64,000 bases of DNA from positions 62,001 to 126,000 of IMG/VR virus record IMGVR_UViG_3300044641_007115; one strand, written 5' to 3'. Under the pieces are notes generated by a model, which ran no database searches, was not told the DNA's origin, and saw nothing but the letters and a program-made list of their open reading frames with translations. Shown here one piece after another: positions 36,246 through 46,624 of the stretch; positions within the stretch are counted from its first letter, which is position 1; every line of letters starts with the position of its first letter. The translations under genes and the position numbers were made by a program.

Positions 36246-36306
36246 ACCAGCGGGTTATTGTCGGAGAGGTCGCGGGTCTGCAAATCAAGTCACAGGAAAA
36301 ATCAGA

Positions 36307-36783
36307 GTGAGAAACAAACTGATTGATGTTGTTCGATTCGTGCGGCACTACCTACCAAGGTGGTGCCGTCCGTATTTTCAATGGACTGTGTACCGGCTCC
36401 GTCGTCTGCATGAGATTCGGTGCTATGGATTGCGCCCCGGCTATCATGACGCGCGCGAACGCATTCTGTACGGATCGTTCGCGGCACTGGTCGATTTTGT
36501 CGAACATGATTGTGCGTGGGAACACCAGCGGTCGGAGAACAAGCCCGGTCGCCGGTCGGTCGAAGATGGATTGATCTATCTGGACTGGTGCGCTGGTCTG
36601 AAAGATGGTCCGCCACATCAAGTAGAGTGTGGACGGCTTGCCAAGGAATTGTACTTGTGGTGGACTGTTGGACGACCGGCCCGGCCTGAAATAGAAACAG
36701 CGGAACAAGAGATTGCGCACGATATGGAAGACCAGACGATGTTGAAAAAATTGGTCAGTATCCGGCTGGATCTATGGACTTAG
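36307..36783 (+). CDS. hypothetical phage protein
   Basis: PGYHD..ERILY..F..LVDFVE; LY.WW...RP.R; start uncertain. Confidence 0.65.
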   Translation: MRNKLIDVVRFVRHYLPRWCRPYFQWTVYRLRRLHEIRCYGLRPGYHDARERILYGSFAALVDFVEHDCAWEHQRSENKPGRRSVEDGLIYLDWCAGLKDGPPHQVECGRLAKELYLWWTVGRPARPEIETAEQEIAHDMEDQTMLKKLVSIRLDLWT

Positions 36784-36804
36784 GGGATGACTAACTAGTT
36801 TGTG

Positions 36805-37041
36805 ATGTCACACGAACTAGATCAAGAAATCGATTCTACACTCAAGAATTTCAAATTCCACATCGGCACGGTGGATTTCCAAGACGGTGCCGGGTATCAA
36901 GTCGTTGTGTATTTGGCTGAAAAGAACTTGGCACTGTGCCTTTCGCCGGAAGGTGCCCGTTCGATGGCCTACGCTTTGACGCGGTGCGCGGATGAATTGC
37001 AGCCGCCCATGATTGAATTGGACGATACGGAAGTGGATTGA
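36805..37041 (+). CDS. hypothetical protein
   Basis: coupled ORF. Confidence 0.6.
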   Translation: MSHELDQEIDSTLKNFKFHIGTVDFQDGAGYQVVVYLAEKNLALCLSPEGARSMAYALTRCADELQPPMIELDDTEVD

Positions 37042-37514
37042 TGCCGTCTTTCTCGACAATCACAAAACAGCCAAACGAAGCCGCTGGTGTGCTTCCCATT
37101 TGTGTGAAGACACAGCGGATGTGTTTCTTGTGGCGCGCGCCGGGATCGGACTTTGGTAACGTGTGGGGATTGCCCGGCGGCGGTATGGATGAGGGAGAGA
37201 CACCGGAGCAATCGGCCCGGCGGGAGTTGATCGAAGAAACCGGCTACGAAGGTCCGTTGAAATTGGTTCCCTCTTACGTGTACGAATCGGAAAAGCTCAT
37301 CTTCCATAACTTCATCGGATTGGTGCCGCAAGAGTTCTCATTCCGTCCGAAGGACTTTGAGTTTGCTCAAGAACACACCCGGATGGAGTGGATGTCGTGG
37401 ATTCAATTCTGTGCCCGGCTGGATGCGAACATCAAAAATTTCCATCCCGGCATCGTTGAATTTTTCTTCCATCATCAGGACGACATCAAGAAGCACATTC
37501 GATACCAGTGTTGA
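37041..37514 (+). CDS. Nudix hydrolase
   Basis: WGLPGGGMDEGETPEQSARRELIEETG. Confidence 0.9.
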   Translation: MPSFSTITKQPNEAAGVLPICVKTQRMCFLWRAPGSDFGNVWGLPGGGMDEGETPEQSARRELIEETGYEGPLKLVPSYVYESEKLIFHNFIGLVPQEFSFRPKDFEFAQEHTRMEWMSWIQFCARLDANIKNFHPGIVEFFFHHQDDIKKHIRYQC

Positions 37515-37539
37515 CATATAGGTGTTAATGTGACAAGAT
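37511..37539 (+). promoter_or_regulatory. early promoter with TTGACATATAGGT motif
   Basis: -35 motif clear, -10 (CAAGAT) weak. Confidence 0.55.
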
Positions 37540-37548
37540 GGTAGTTCT

Positions 37549-37800
37549 ATGAAGGAATACTGGCTCAACGGGCGGAAGGTCGCCTTCACCACTTCGTACA
37601 CTCCCGGATTTGGGTTCTCTAAAGTCGGGGACGTTCAAGTGATGGAAGAGACTATCATCGGGATCGGTGATGATGATCCTCCTTCTACCATACGGTATCA
37701 ACACACCGCATCGTTCATTGTGATGGGCGATGCGGTGACGTATTTGCGCGGCAAGTACCCGGCGGCGGAAGAGCGTATGACCAGAAAGGTGGTGTCGTGA
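37549..37800 (+). CDS. hypothetical protein
   Basis: first ORF after the promoter. Confidence 0.6.
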   Translation: MKEYWLNGRKVAFTTSYTPGFGFSKVGDVQVMEETIIGIGDDDPPSTIRYQHTASFIVMGDAVTYLRGKYPAAEERMTRKVVS

Positions 37801-37976
37801 TGGCGAAACGATTGGAAGATCAGTTGGCGATGTGTGAGCGGGATATGTCCCGGCTGTTGTCGATGAACGACCGCCGGTGGATGACATCCACGTTCCAACT
37901 GATCGACGGGAAGATCACGACGTTGAAGAAAAAGATCGCAGCGCGGGAGAGAAAGAGAAATGGCAAAGTCACGTAG
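37800..37976 (+). CDS. 58-aa basic helical protein (not in ORF track)
   Basis: MAKRLEDQLAMCERDMSRLL...; overlaps both neighbours. Confidence 0.55.
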   Translation: MAKRLEDQLAMCERDMSRLLSMNDRRWMTSTFQLIDGKITTLKKKIAARERKRNGKVT

Positions 37977-38625
37977 CCAGTCGAACGGCAAGCTCATCGA
38001 TACATGGTGGTATGAGTACAGTGGCGTCCCGGCGCATCAAAGCGATGACCCGGACGCTGAGCCGGAAGTCAAGCCGATCAAGGTGCCGGTCAAGCTGTAC
38101 ATCCTGAAGAAGTTCAAAGGGGATACGCCGCCGCTGGCGACCAAGGAAGTTTGGTTTGAAGTGGTGTGTGAGAACCCGGAGTTCTCTTTCCAAGGGCCGG
38201 ATATCGAATCACTCCGGGCGACCATGTGGGGAGAACTGAACGATCACTACAAGGTCGGGTGGGAAGAGTACTACCTTGTCAGCATTGACCACCGTGCGCC
38301 CTATGAAGGTATGGGAACCGGTCTGTCGTTCGGCTATGAGACGGTGTGGAAGGGCACCGCATTTGACGGCACCCTGTTGTTGAAGCAATACCGCTACGGT
38401 CGCGGTGAAGTGATTGAACCGTGGCCCGGTGAGTTCAAAGACAAACAGGGAAATGTCACGGCATGCATCCCGGCTAACAAATCGAATCGTGGATCGCTTG
38501 AAGAGTTCTCCCGCCGAATCGATATCCTTCGGGAGAAACTGGTCGATCTGGTGCGCCCGGAGAAGATCGACCAGACGTTGTTAACGTTGGCTACCAACAA
38601 GCTGTTGCCGTCAGGCGACGACTAG
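37960..38625 (+). CDS. hypothetical protein
   Basis: 221-aa ORF with phage-like codon usage. Confidence 0.7.
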   Translation: MAKSRSQSNGKLIDTWWYEYSGVPAHQSDDPDAEPEVKPIKVPVKLYILKKFKGDTPPLATKEVWFEVVCENPEFSFQGPDIESLRATMWGELNDHYKVGWEEYYLVSIDHRAPYEGMGTGLSFGYETVWKGTAFDGTLLLKQYRYGRGEVIEPWPGEFKDKQGNVTACIPANKSNRGSLEEFSRRIDILREKLVDLVRPEKIDQTLLTLATNKLLPSGDD

Positions 38626-39170
38626 GCCGGAAGGGTACCAATCTCACTCCACACAGCCGCGTGTTCCAAGCTGATCTTGCCTTCTTTGATGGAGTTGATG
38701 ATGTTGACGGTCGATTCGGTGTTGTTTTTGTGATAGACAGCCACCCCGCCCGCGCGCGCCCATTCGCGCACGTTGGTTTGATTGTCATCGATCAACACGT
38801 TGCGCGTTCCATCCAGATTGCGGGCAAAATGGAACTTGTCTTCGCGCATACATACCTTGACTTTCCAGTCGGGGATCAACAGTTCGCGCCGGACCCATTC
38901 CAGTTTGCCGATGATGGTGGACTGCATGACTTCTTTGTTGTAGGCACTCAAGATCCACGGGTCCATCGATTTGACAGCTTCCCACAGTTCCCGCCCGCCC
39001 GGTTGCCATTCCATGTGCGCCCAAAAGTCCGTGTCATATTCGATCATCTTCCAGTGGTGGTCTTCGATGTCATACCACCCCGACCCGTCCGGTTTGAAGC
39101 CCCATTTGTCGCATGCTCGTTTATCGAAAAAGCACAGAACGCCATCCATGTCGCAGTAAATTCGTGTCAT
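38622..39170 (-). CDS. HAD-family 5'(3')-deoxyribonucleotidase
   Basis: DMDGVL, K..WV, LIDD...N..EW...GG. Confidence 0.85.
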   Translation of the reverse strand: MTRIYCDMDGVLCFFDKRACDKWGFKPDGSGWYDIEDHHWKMIEYDTDFWAHMEWQPGGRELWEAVKSMDPWILSAYNKEVMQSTIIGKLEWVRRELLIPDWKVKVCMREDKFHFARNLDGTRNVLIDDNQTNVREWARAGGVAVYHKNNTESTVNIINSIKEGKISLEHAAVWSEIGTLPA

Positions 39171-39216
39171 TCTGTTTCTAGTTTATGAGTGGAGAAACGC
39201 ACGGTAAATTGGAAAC

Positions 39217-41805
39217 GTGCAACCTTTCTACACATGGGTCGGACGGCATCGCGATGAAATTTTGGTTCGGGAAGTGCGGGATGGGAAACGCAAGAATTTT
39301 CAAGTCAATCATAAGCCCACCCTCTATACACCGGCCCCGCCCGGCGAATCCTACGAACTGACCACGCTTGAAGGTCGCGGCGTCGTTCCTCTTCATTTTG
39401 ACTCCATGAGTGCCGCCCGGCGGCACGTGCAAGAATCTGCCGGGGTTGACGGATACACGTTGTACGGCAACGACATGTATCAGTATGTCTACATTGCCGA
39501 AAACTACCCCGGCCACATTGAATACGATCCCAAACAGATCGTTATCGCCAACGTCGATATCGAAGTCGGAGCGAAGAACGGGTTCCTGTCGGCACTCAAC
39601 ACCGTTGATACGCCGGAAGAAGTGACAGCTATCACGATGAAGCTGTCCACCGAAAACAAGTTCCGGGTGTTCGGTATGAAGGATTTCATGCCGACCGAAG
39701 AGATCGAATACATCCATTGTGACGACGAAGGCGATTTGTTGGAACAGTTCTTGGCCGCGTGGATCGCCACGTACCCGGACGGCATGACCGGCTGGAACAT
39801 CACCGGTTACGATATCCCGTATTTGGTCAATCGGATCACCAAGCGGCTGGATAAGAAGCGCGCCGCCAAGCTGTCGCCTTTCGGACACATCCGTCAAATC
39901 ACATTGCGCCGGTTCGATTCGGAGTACATCAGCTATTCCATTGCGGGCGTCAACAATCTTGACTACCGCGAACTCTACCGCAAGAACGTTCTTGAGCCGC
40001 TGGAATCATATCGGTTGGATTACGTGGCGGAAATTGAGTTGAGTGAACGCAAACTGGACTACTCCGAATACAGGAATCTGTGGGAGATGTACCAGAAGAA
40101 TCACCAGAAATTCATCGAATATAACGTCCATGACGTTCGTCTGGTGGATCGGCTGGAAGCCAAGAAGCGCATCATCGATCTGCAAATGCTTGTCGCGTAT
40201 CGCTCGAAAGTGAACATGGAAGACGTGATGAGCCAAGTCCGCACGTGGGACGCGGCCATCTACAACCATCTTCGAGACAGGAACATTGTGGTGCCGTTCC
40301 GCGAAATTGACGACAAAGATACACAGTATGAAGGCGCGTTCGTCAAAGAGCCGGTCCCGAAGCTCTACAAATGGGTTGTCAGTTTCGACGTGAACTCTCT
40401 GTATCCGTCGTTGATCGCCGCATTGAACATCGGAGTCGAAACAAAGATTGACCGGGAAATGTGGGAACCCGCACAGCGGAAAGTCGTTGACACGATGAGT
40501 GCTCATCGCATGCTCCAAGGCCCACCGGAATGGTCTTTATTTGAAGGGTTGAACATTTCGATGGGATCGAACGGGGCGACCTACGACAGAGGGAAGAACT
40601 CGATTTTCACCACCATGATTATTGAGTTGTTGGCCGCGCGTAAGGAATTCCGTAAGATCGCGGAGTCGTCTGAAAAGGAACTCGAAGAAATCAAGCGTCA
40701 GTTGAAAGATACGCCGGATGACCCGGAACTGAAGCGGCGCTACAACGAACTGGACTACACCAAGAGTGAGTTCGACCTGAAACAGAAAATGACCAAGGTC
40801 CTGAACAACAGTCTCTATGGTTGTGTGGGAAACGAGTTCTTCCGGTTTTACGACACTGAGAACGCGGAAGCCATCACTGTCACCGGCCAGTTCGTCATTC
40901 AGTACGTCGAACAGTCGTTGAATCGCTTCTTGAACAAGAGTTTTGGCACCGGTGATTTCAACTATGTCATCGCGGCGGACACGGACTCGAACTACATCAA
41001 CCTTGATCCAATGGTTCAGAAGTATCTTCCGAATGAGAAGGACCCGAAGAAGATCGTGGACTACATCGACAAGGTGTGCAAGAAGATCATCGAACCGGAG
41101 ATTGACCGGATCTTCGCGGAGATTCGTGACGTGTTCATCCACGGCAATGGCAACTACCTTGCAATGAAGCGCGAAGTCATCGCGGAGAAGGGCATCTGGA
41201 CGAAGAAGAAGCGCTATGTGCTGTCGATTTGGGACAAGGAAGGTATCCGCTACGACAAGCCCAAATTGAAGTACACCGGGCTGGAAATGAAGCGGTCAGA
41301 TACGCCGAAGACGTGCCGGGTTGCAATGATGAAGTGCTGTGAGTACATCATGCACGGGACACAAGAAGAACTGTATGAGTATGTCGGCAAGTACTATCAG
41401 GAATTCATGGCATTGCCAATTGAGGATATTGCGAAGCCCAAAGGCGTGAAAGAATTCAAAGAGAAGTACATTGACCCGCGTTCGGTGACGGCACATGGGT
41501 GCCCGCAACATGTTCGCGCGGCGCTGTGGCACAACCACTTGATTAAAGAGAAGGGATTGGAATCGGTATACCCGCCCATCCTCGAAGGTGACAAGATCAA
41601 GCTGGCCTATCTCAAGATGCCCAATCCCACGGATCAGAATGCGATTGGGTTCGTTGGTAATCTCCCGCCCGAATTTGGGCTGGACAAGTATGTGGATCGG
41701 GAAGCCTTGTATGAGAAAAATTTCCTCGAACCGATGGCCCGGATCGCGGACGCGGCGGAATGGAAATTGGTCAAAAAAGCCAATATAGCTGACCTGTTTT
41801 CGTAG
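39217..41805 (+). CDS. gp43: family B DNA polymerase gp43
   Basis: DIEV, GWN..YDIPY, SFDVNSLYPS, K...NSLYG, DTDS, KKRY. Confidence 0.97.
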   Translation: MQPFYTWVGRHRDEILVREVRDGKRKNFQVNHKPTLYTPAPPGESYELTTLEGRGVVPLHFDSMSAARRHVQESAGVDGYTLYGNDMYQYVYIAENYPGHIEYDPKQIVIANVDIEVGAKNGFLSALNTVDTPEEVTAITMKLSTENKFRVFGMKDFMPTEEIEYIHCDDEGDLLEQFLAAWIATYPDGMTGWNITGYDIPYLVNRITKRLDKKRAAKLSPFGHIRQITLRRFDSEYISYSIAGVNNLDYRELYRKNVLEPLESYRLDYVAEIELSERKLDYSEYRNLWEMYQKNHQKFIEYNVHDVRLVDRLEAKKRIIDLQMLVAYRSKVNMEDVMSQVRTWDAAIYNHLRDRNIVVPFREIDDKDTQYEGAFVKEPVPKLYKWVVSFDVNSLYPSLIAALNIGVETKIDREMWEPAQRKVVDTMSAHRMLQGPPEWSLFEGLNISMGSNGATYDRGKNSIFTTMIIELLAARKEFRKIAESSEKELEEIKRQLKDTPDDPELKRRYNELDYTKSEFDLKQKMTKVLNNSLYGCVGNEFFRFYDTENAEAITVTGQFVIQYVEQSLNRFLNKSFGTGDFNYVIAADTDSNYINLDPMVQKYLPNEKDPKKIVDYIDKVCKKIIEPEIDRIFAEIRDVFIHGNGNYLAMKREVIAEKGIWTKKKRYVLSIWDKEGIRYDKPKLKYTGLEMKRSDTPKTCRVAMMKCCEYIMHGTQEELYEYVGKYYQEFMALPIEDIAKPKGVKEFKEKYIDPRSVTAHGCPQHVRAALWHNHLIKEKGLESVYPPILEGDKIKLAYLKMPNPTDQNAIGFVGNLPPEFGLDKYVDREALYEKNFLEPMARIADAAEWKLVKKANIADLFS

Positions 41806-41902
41806 GGCGGTTATATAGCGACCCGCTGATTTTTGAGGGTTCGGGTGCTAAATCATTCCGAATTCCGATCAGCCGATTCAAGGCTACACTAGGAGACAAA
41901 TC

Positions 41903-43123
41903 ATGGCAAAGAAGAAAGGAACTGAAGAAAACGATCAACGCAAAGCCGACAAGAAAGCCAAGGCGAAGAAAGCCGCCGGGCTGTTTTCCAAGCTAGGCGA
42001 AATCATGAAGAACCCGCTTGCGGCACCCGCAAGCGCTGAGCATCATTCCGGGTTGACCAATGGATTCATTGACACCGGATGCTACTTGCTCAATGCACTC
42101 ATCAGCGGATCGATGCATGGCGGCTTTCCCGGCAACCACATCACCGCACTGGCGGGCGCGCCGTCCACCGGCAAGACCTATTTCGCATTGACAGCCGTCA
42201 AGCGCTTCCTCGACAAGAACCCGGAAGGTTATGTCCTGTACGTGGAAACGGAAGGCGCGGTCTACAAGGAAATGCTGGAAGAGTGGGACATTGATACGGA
42301 ACGCTGCATCATCGTCCCGCTGAACACTGTCGAAGAACTCAAGCATCAGCTTTCGAATTTCATCGCGGCCTATCGCAAAGAAGACAATGCTGTGCCCTGT
42401 TTCGTCGTGCTGGACTCCGCTGGTATGCTTTCCACGACCAAGGAAGTCACGGACGCCTTGGAAGGCAAACAGGCCCGCGACATGACCCGCGCGCAACTGT
42501 TGCGCGGCGCTATGCGCATCCTGACCTATCCCTTGCGTCAGGCGCAAGTACCCTTCCTGTTCACCAATCACACCTACGATGTTCCCGGAGCATATGTGCC
42601 GACCAAGAATATGGCGGGCGGTGATGGTCTGGTCTACGCCGCTTCGGTGGTGATCGAACTTGACAACCGCCGGTTGAAGGAAGGTCACAAGGACGTTGCA
42701 ACCAAGGAATTCACTGCGAAGGATGCGGTGGGTGGAGCGGCTGAGAAGAAGGCCAAGGATGTGGTTGCCAACATCGTCAAGGTGAAGCTGAAGAAGGGCC
42801 GGTTCACGCGCGACGGCAAGGAGATCGAAGTTTATCTGGATCACCGGCGCGGCCTGTTACCGTACTTCGGTCTGGTGGAGTTCGGATTGAAGCACGGCAT
42901 CTTGAAGAAGGAAGGCAACTACGTGCATTTCCCGACCGGTGCCAAGGGTTTTGTAAGTGCGATCAACACGAAGCCCGAAGATTATTTCACCGACGAAGTG
43001 ATGGCTAAACTGGAAGAAGCCTGTATCGCAGAGTTCACTTTCAAGGGTCGGCTTTCAAGGCCGGATGAAGTCGAAATCGAAGCGGTGACAGGAGAAGAAG
43101 AGGAACAACCCGAAAATGAGTAA
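41903..43123 (+). CDS. uvsX: RecA-like recombinase UvsX
   Basis: DTG.Y.LNAL.SGS, G..STGKT, DMTRAQ, TNHTY. Confidence 0.95.
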   Translation: MAKKKGTEENDQRKADKKAKAKKAAGLFSKLGEIMKNPLAAPASAEHHSGLTNGFIDTGCYLLNALISGSMHGGFPGNHITALAGAPSTGKTYFALTAVKRFLDKNPEGYVLYVETEGAVYKEMLEEWDIDTERCIIVPLNTVEELKHQLSNFIAAYRKEDNAVPCFVVLDSAGMLSTTKEVTDALEGKQARDMTRAQLLRGAMRILTYPLRQAQVPFLFTNHTYDVPGAYVPTKNMAGGDGLVYAASVVIELDNRRLKEGHKDVATKEFTAKDAVGGAAEKKAKDVVANIVKVKLKKGRFTRDGKEIEVYLDHRRGLLPYFGLVEFGLKHGILKKEGNYVHFPTGAKGFVSAINTKPEDYFTDEVMAKLEEACIAEFTFKGRLSRPDEVEIEAVTGEEEEQPENE

Positions 43124-43514
43124 CGACCGCGCCTTTGAGAATTATGACGACGCATATGAAGTCGTCGAACATCCTTCAATGGCGGCGGGTAACTACTGCA
43201 TCCGGTTCCGGCAAGCACCATTTGCCGGAACCGTGATCGCACCAAAGACCTTCCAGTTGACAGGTGTTGAAGGGACCGAAGAGATGAAGATGGACTTCGA
43301 ATACGATATCCTCGAATCACCTACCGGCCCATCAGACGAATTAGAGAAAGACCCGACTTTCCAGTTGCATGTTGGTCGCATCATCCTGAACCTGTATGAG
43401 CGCACGATGGCGACGGTCATTGAGCCGGGTGAGACAGTCGTACATGACGACGGAACTGTTGAAGTCCAGTATGAGATCAGTGACGCGCGCCCGCACGGAG
43501 AGGTAGTCGAATGA
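43116..43514 (+). CDS. conserved T4-like protein (gp40-like position)
   Basis: lies between uvsX and gp41; PF.G, FEYDI, G.I..L. Confidence 0.55.
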   Translation: MSNDRAFENYDDAYEVVEHPSMAAGNYCIRFRQAPFAGTVIAPKTFQLTGVEGTEEMKMDFEYDILESPTGPSDELEKDPTFQLHVGRIILNLYERTMATVIEPGETVVHDDGTVEVQYEISDARPHGEVVE

Positions 43515-43813
43515 CACTCGAAGAGTATCTGGAACGACAACAGGTTTGGTCAGAAGCAACATTTGGTCCCGGCCAGCGTACCGGCGGGATCACCAAGCAC
43601 ATCGAAAAAGAGATCAATGAAGTGCGGGAGAACCCGCGCGACTTGTCCGAATGGATCGATGTGATGATTCTTGCTATGGATGGCTATTGGCGACATGGTG
43701 GAACCCCGGAAACCCTGATGCGGGACCTGATCGCTAAGCAAGCTGAAAATTTCAGTCGCCGATATGTGCCGCCCACATCGGAAGACGAACCATCGGAGCA
43801 CATTCGCACATGA
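43511..43813 (+). CDS. DUF550 dATP/dGTP pyrophosphohydrolase
   Basis: WS..TFG, KH..KE..E, EW.D..IL..DG, K...N..R, HIR. Confidence 0.85.
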   Translation: MTLEEYLERQQVWSEATFGPGQRTGGITKHIEKEINEVRENPRDLSEWIDVMILAMDGYWRHGGTPETLMRDLIAKQAENFSRRYVPPTSEDEPSEHIRT

Positions 43814-44181
43814 TCCGCCAAGAAACAACAGATCGTGCCGTGGAGATCACCAAAAAGAGCTTCCCGGATCGTGCCTTCAACAAAGACACGTTTGATCGTT
43901 TGATGGCCCGTCTGTTGGAAGAGGGCGGTGAGTTGTCCGGGGCCATTCGATCCTACTTCGGGCGGAAATACCGGCCCGATGTTGCTACCGGCAATATCGA
44001 AAATGTGAAGGGTGAAATCGGCGATATCCTGACAGTGATGAATGGTGTTTGCACACTCTTCGGCATCACGATGGACGAATGCCTGTCGATGGCGAACGAC
44101 AAACTACAGCGGCGATACGATCAGGAACAAATGCGTGTCGCCGCCGCTGCGCTTCCTCCGTTTGAGCGGATCGATCACTAA
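43810..44181 (+). CDS. MazG-like nucleotide pyrophosphohydrolase
   Basis: L.EE.GEL..AI, EIGDIL, KL..RY. Confidence 0.8.
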   Translation: MIRQETTDRAVEITKKSFPDRAFNKDTFDRLMARLLEEGGELSGAIRSYFGRKYRPDVATGNIENVKGEIGDILTVMNGVCTLFGITMDECLSMANDKLQRRYDQEQMRVAAAALPPFERIDH

Positions 44182-44217
44182 GAAGCGTCCGGCATAAACC
44201 ACCTATAGAAGAGGCCA

Positions 44218-45693
44218 ATGAGCATTAGCCCTACACGTGTGGAACCACTTATTTTGCGCGAACTCTTTAGAAATGAAGAGTTTATGCGGAAGGTGAGTCC
44301 TTTTCTCAAACCCGACTACTTCGACGACAAGGCCGAACGGTTGGTGTATGAAGCCGCGTCGAAACACATTCAGGAGTACAATCACGCCCCTTCGACCGAA
44401 GTTATCCGCCTGAATTTCAGTCAGCGCGGCATGGACGGAAAAGAGTTCGCTGATTGCATGGAAGTCGTTGGCGAATTGGAAAACGAGATTCCGAAAGCGG
44501 AACCGGTCCAATTGAAATGGATGTTGGACACCACCGAAAAATGGTGTAAGGATCAAGCCATCGCGAACGCAGTACTTAAAGCGGTAGAGATTCTGGAAGA
44601 GAAGAGCGGCAAAGACCGTGGTCATATCCCCGGTATGCTGTCCGAAGCCCTTGCCATCAGTTTCGATAACAAGATTGGGCATCGTTACTTTGACGAAGCC
44701 AGCGACCGGTACGACAGTTATCACCTGAAAGAATCGAAGATGCCATTCAACATCGGTAACTTCAACCGGGTGACGGATGGTGGTGTGCCTTCGAAAACGC
44801 TGAACATTGTCATGGCGGGCACCGGCGTCGGTAAGTCGTTGTTCCTCTGTCATCATTCCGCGCACTGTCTCAAGATGGGGAAGAACGTGCTTTACATCAC
44901 GCTCGAACTCTCTGAGAAGGCAGTCGGTGAGCGTATCGACGAAAATCTGTTGAGGATGACCCGTGAAGATTTGCGGGGCATGGAAAAGGAACAGTATCTT
45001 GCTGAACTTGCCAAGATGCAAGAACAGTACAAGAGTCATCTGGTGATCCGGGAGTTCCCGACATCATCCGCGCACGTCGGTCATTTCCGGGCTTTGTTGA
45101 ATGAGTTGCTGTTGAAGCAAAAGTTCAAGCCGGATGTCATCATGATCGACTACTTGAACATCTGTGCCAGTCAGCGCTACAAGAGCATTGAATCGTCGTA
45201 CAGCTACGTCAAGGCCATCGCGGAAGAGGTTCGCGGTCTGGCGGTCGAATTCGATGTGCCGATCTTCTCCGCGACTCAGGTCAATCGGGGCGGCTTCAAT
45301 GATGTGGATATCGATCTGACTGACACTTCGGAATCGTTCGGTTTGCCGTTCACGGCAGATTTCTTCTTCGCGCTCATCGAAACTGAAGAGTACAAAACGA
45401 TGAAGAAGCTGAAGGTCAAGGTGCTGAAGAATCGTTACGGTACCCTTGGCAATCCGTTCATCATTGGCGTGGACAAGGCCCGGATGATGCTCTTCGAAGC
45501 GGAAGACGAAGCCCAAGCCGACATTCATAACAGTGATGTTTCTATCGCCAAGTATGAGCAAAAGAAAGCGACGCTGCGCATGAATCCCGAAGATGCGGAA
45601 ACGGATTCGGAGAAAAAATTTCAAGCCCGTTTTTCGCGTGGGATGCAAATCATGTCACAATTGACGGGCGGTAAGGATGATATGAAATGGTAG
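44218..45693 (+). CDS. gp41: replicative helicase gp41
   Basis: AGTGVGKSL, IDYLNIC, ATQ.NR, TSESFGLP.TAD, KNRY. Confidence 0.95.
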   Translation: MSISPTRVEPLILRELFRNEEFMRKVSPFLKPDYFDDKAERLVYEAASKHIQEYNHAPSTEVIRLNFSQRGMDGKEFADCMEVVGELENEIPKAEPVQLKWMLDTTEKWCKDQAIANAVLKAVEILEEKSGKDRGHIPGMLSEALAISFDNKIGHRYFDEASDRYDSYHLKESKMPFNIGNFNRVTDGGVPSKTLNIVMAGTGVGKSLFLCHHSAHCLKMGKNVLYITLELSEKAVGERIDENLLRMTREDLRGMEKEQYLAELAKMQEQYKSHLVIREFPTSSAHVGHFRALLNELLLKQKFKPDVIMIDYLNICASQRYKSIESSYSYVKAIAEEVRGLAVEFDVPIFSATQVNRGGFNDVDIDLTDTSESFGLPFTADFFFALIETEEYKTMKKLKVKVLKNRYGTLGNPFIIGVDKARMMLFEAEDEAQADIHNSDVSIAKYEQKKATLRMNPEDAETDSEKKFQARFSRGMQIMSQLTGGKDDMKW

Positions 45694-45706
45694 GGGTACA
45701 CCACAA

Positions 45707-46279
45707 ATGAGTTTCATCAGTGATTACATTCGCGTCTATCACAATGTTCTTCCTCTCAATCTTTGTCAGGAGTTGATCGTCCGGTTCGACGAACATCCGG
45801 CGGTGATTGAAGGGGCGATCAACACAGAGCATGGCGAACACAAAGAAGAGATCCGGCGCTGCACGGAACTCAACATCAGCCGTCAGGATGATCTGAAAAA
45901 TCATCATGACGCCCTCACCAAGATTGGACAGGTCGCATTGGCGAAGTACCAGTCGGACATCAAACATGCGATCTTCCCGGCGCAATACGGATTCGAAGCC
46001 TTTCGCATGAAGAAGTATGCGCCGGAACGCGGCGATCATTTTGCTCTTCATGTCGATGTGGCGGACTATGCCAGCGCCCGGCGGTTCTTGGCTTTCTTCT
46101 GGTATCTCAACGATGTGGAAAAAGGCGGGGAAACATACTTCCCCGACATGAACATCCAAGTTCGCCCGCGCGCGGGAAGCCTCTTGATGTTCCCGCCGCT
46201 TTGGATGTATCCGCACATCGGCCAGAAACCGATCAGCAACAACAAGTACATCGTCGGAAGCTACGCTCACTATCTGTAA
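45707..46279 (+). CDS. 2OG-Fe(II) oxygenase
   Basis: HVD, YLNDV..GGET.F, FPP.W.YPH, KY. Confidence 0.9.
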   Translation: MSFISDYIRVYHNVLPLNLCQELIVRFDEHPAVIEGAINTEHGEHKEEIRRCTELNISRQDDLKNHHDALTKIGQVALAKYQSDIKHAIFPAQYGFEAFRMKKYAPERGDHFALHVDVADYASARRFLAFFWYLNDVEKGGETYFPDMNIQVRPRAGSLLMFPPLWMYPHIGQKPISNNKYIVGSYAHYL

Positions 46280-46296
46280 AGAAAGGAACCAAGGGA

Positions 46297-46605
46297 ATGA
46301 TTACTCCCGCTCTTCTGTCCGATCTTCGGACGATCATGAGGATTCTGAAGGAACAAGCGACCAAGTATGTCGCAGAGACGACGAACAAGACAACGTTAGG
46401 CCGGTTCATGATTGCCCGGTTGGATACGTTGAATCGGATTGATGTTTACATCACCGCCGCTTCGCCCGGCGATTCCATCGGAGAACTCCGCGACTCCATC
46501 GGCATGATTCGGGATGAACGATTGGCTGAGATCGACGGTAGTGAAGAAGTCGAAACGCTTGCCGTCTACATGACAGCCAAAGAGTTTTGGAACTACTTGG
46601 GTTAG
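46297..46605 (+). CDS. hypothetical protein
   Basis: SD AAGGGA upstream; followed by terminator. Confidence 0.6.
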   Translation: MITPALLSDLRTIMRILKEQATKYVAETTNKTTLGRFMIARLDTLNRIDVYITAASPGDSIGELRDSIGMIRDERLAEIDGSEEVETLAVYMTAKEFWNYLG

Positions 46606-46624
46606 GCAAAATCGGAGAGTTCCA

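Noticed and set aside
43511-43813. 2-aminoadenine (Z) genome
   Set aside because: DUF550 alone is insufficient; no PurZ or DatZ is recognisable in this window.
39217-45693. Inteins or introns in gp43, uvsX or gp41 (also checked for nrdJ)
   Set aside because: Protein lengths are normal, the frames are continuous, and no intein splice motifs are seen.
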